Virus record (IMG/VR): IMGVR_UViG_3300043775_001559
Location: 1 to 25,639 of that record
From: a virus
Lineage: Duplodnaviria; Caudoviricetes
Length of the DNA: 25,639 nt
Reading direction: 5' to 3' (one strand)
Shown one piece after another: positions 25,639 through 25,639 of the stretch. The notes below the pieces were generated by a model. The model ran no database searches. It worked only from the letters and a program-made list of their open reading frames with translations, and was not told the origin of the DNA. Position 1 is the first letter of the stretch. Every line of letters starts with the position of its first letter. Made by a program: the position numbers and the translations under genes.

Positions 25639-25639
25639 T

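Noticed and set aside
1-25639. Stop-codon recoding, introns/inteins or a diversity-generating retroelement
   Set aside because: Genes tile the window densely in code 11 with no interrupted conserved domains. I saw no reverse transcriptase, intein motifs or repeat pairs with adenine-specific mismatches.

Overview
This window is the virion-morphogenesis region of a large T4-like (myovirus) phage, read in standard genetic code 11. From left to right it contains: an enlarged tail sheath (partial, minus strand), a Zn/HNH-like protein, a dNMP kinase, the neck/head-completion trio (gp13-, gp14- and gp15-like), a degenerate Nudix-like protein, and a minus-strand block of large virion/fiber proteins. 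An AT-rich plus-strand cassette interrupts the fiber block. It carries four 2OG-Fe(II) oxygenases, a SAM methyltransferase and a conserved hypothetical protein, and sits head-to-head with a Gly/Pro-rich fiber-tip gene. The most interesting signals are: (1) a possible system for post-translational modification (prolyl hydroxylation) of a split, Gly/Pro-rich fiber tip; (2) three repeats in a 2065-aa virion protein that match the phycobiliprotein chromophore-attachment helix (KCxRD...GG) without gaps; (3) a 20-bp perfect inverted repeat combined with a 31-bp direct repeat that sequesters the RBS and start codon of a fiber gene; (4) a second RBS-occluding hairpin built into the sigma70 promoter of the dNMP kinase; (5) a recurring TAAATA-N5-7-ATG pattern suggesting leaderless late mRNAs. 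I saw no tRNA, rRNA, CRISPR array, integrase or reverse transcriptase. All protein family calls come from motif recognition by eye; no database searches were run.
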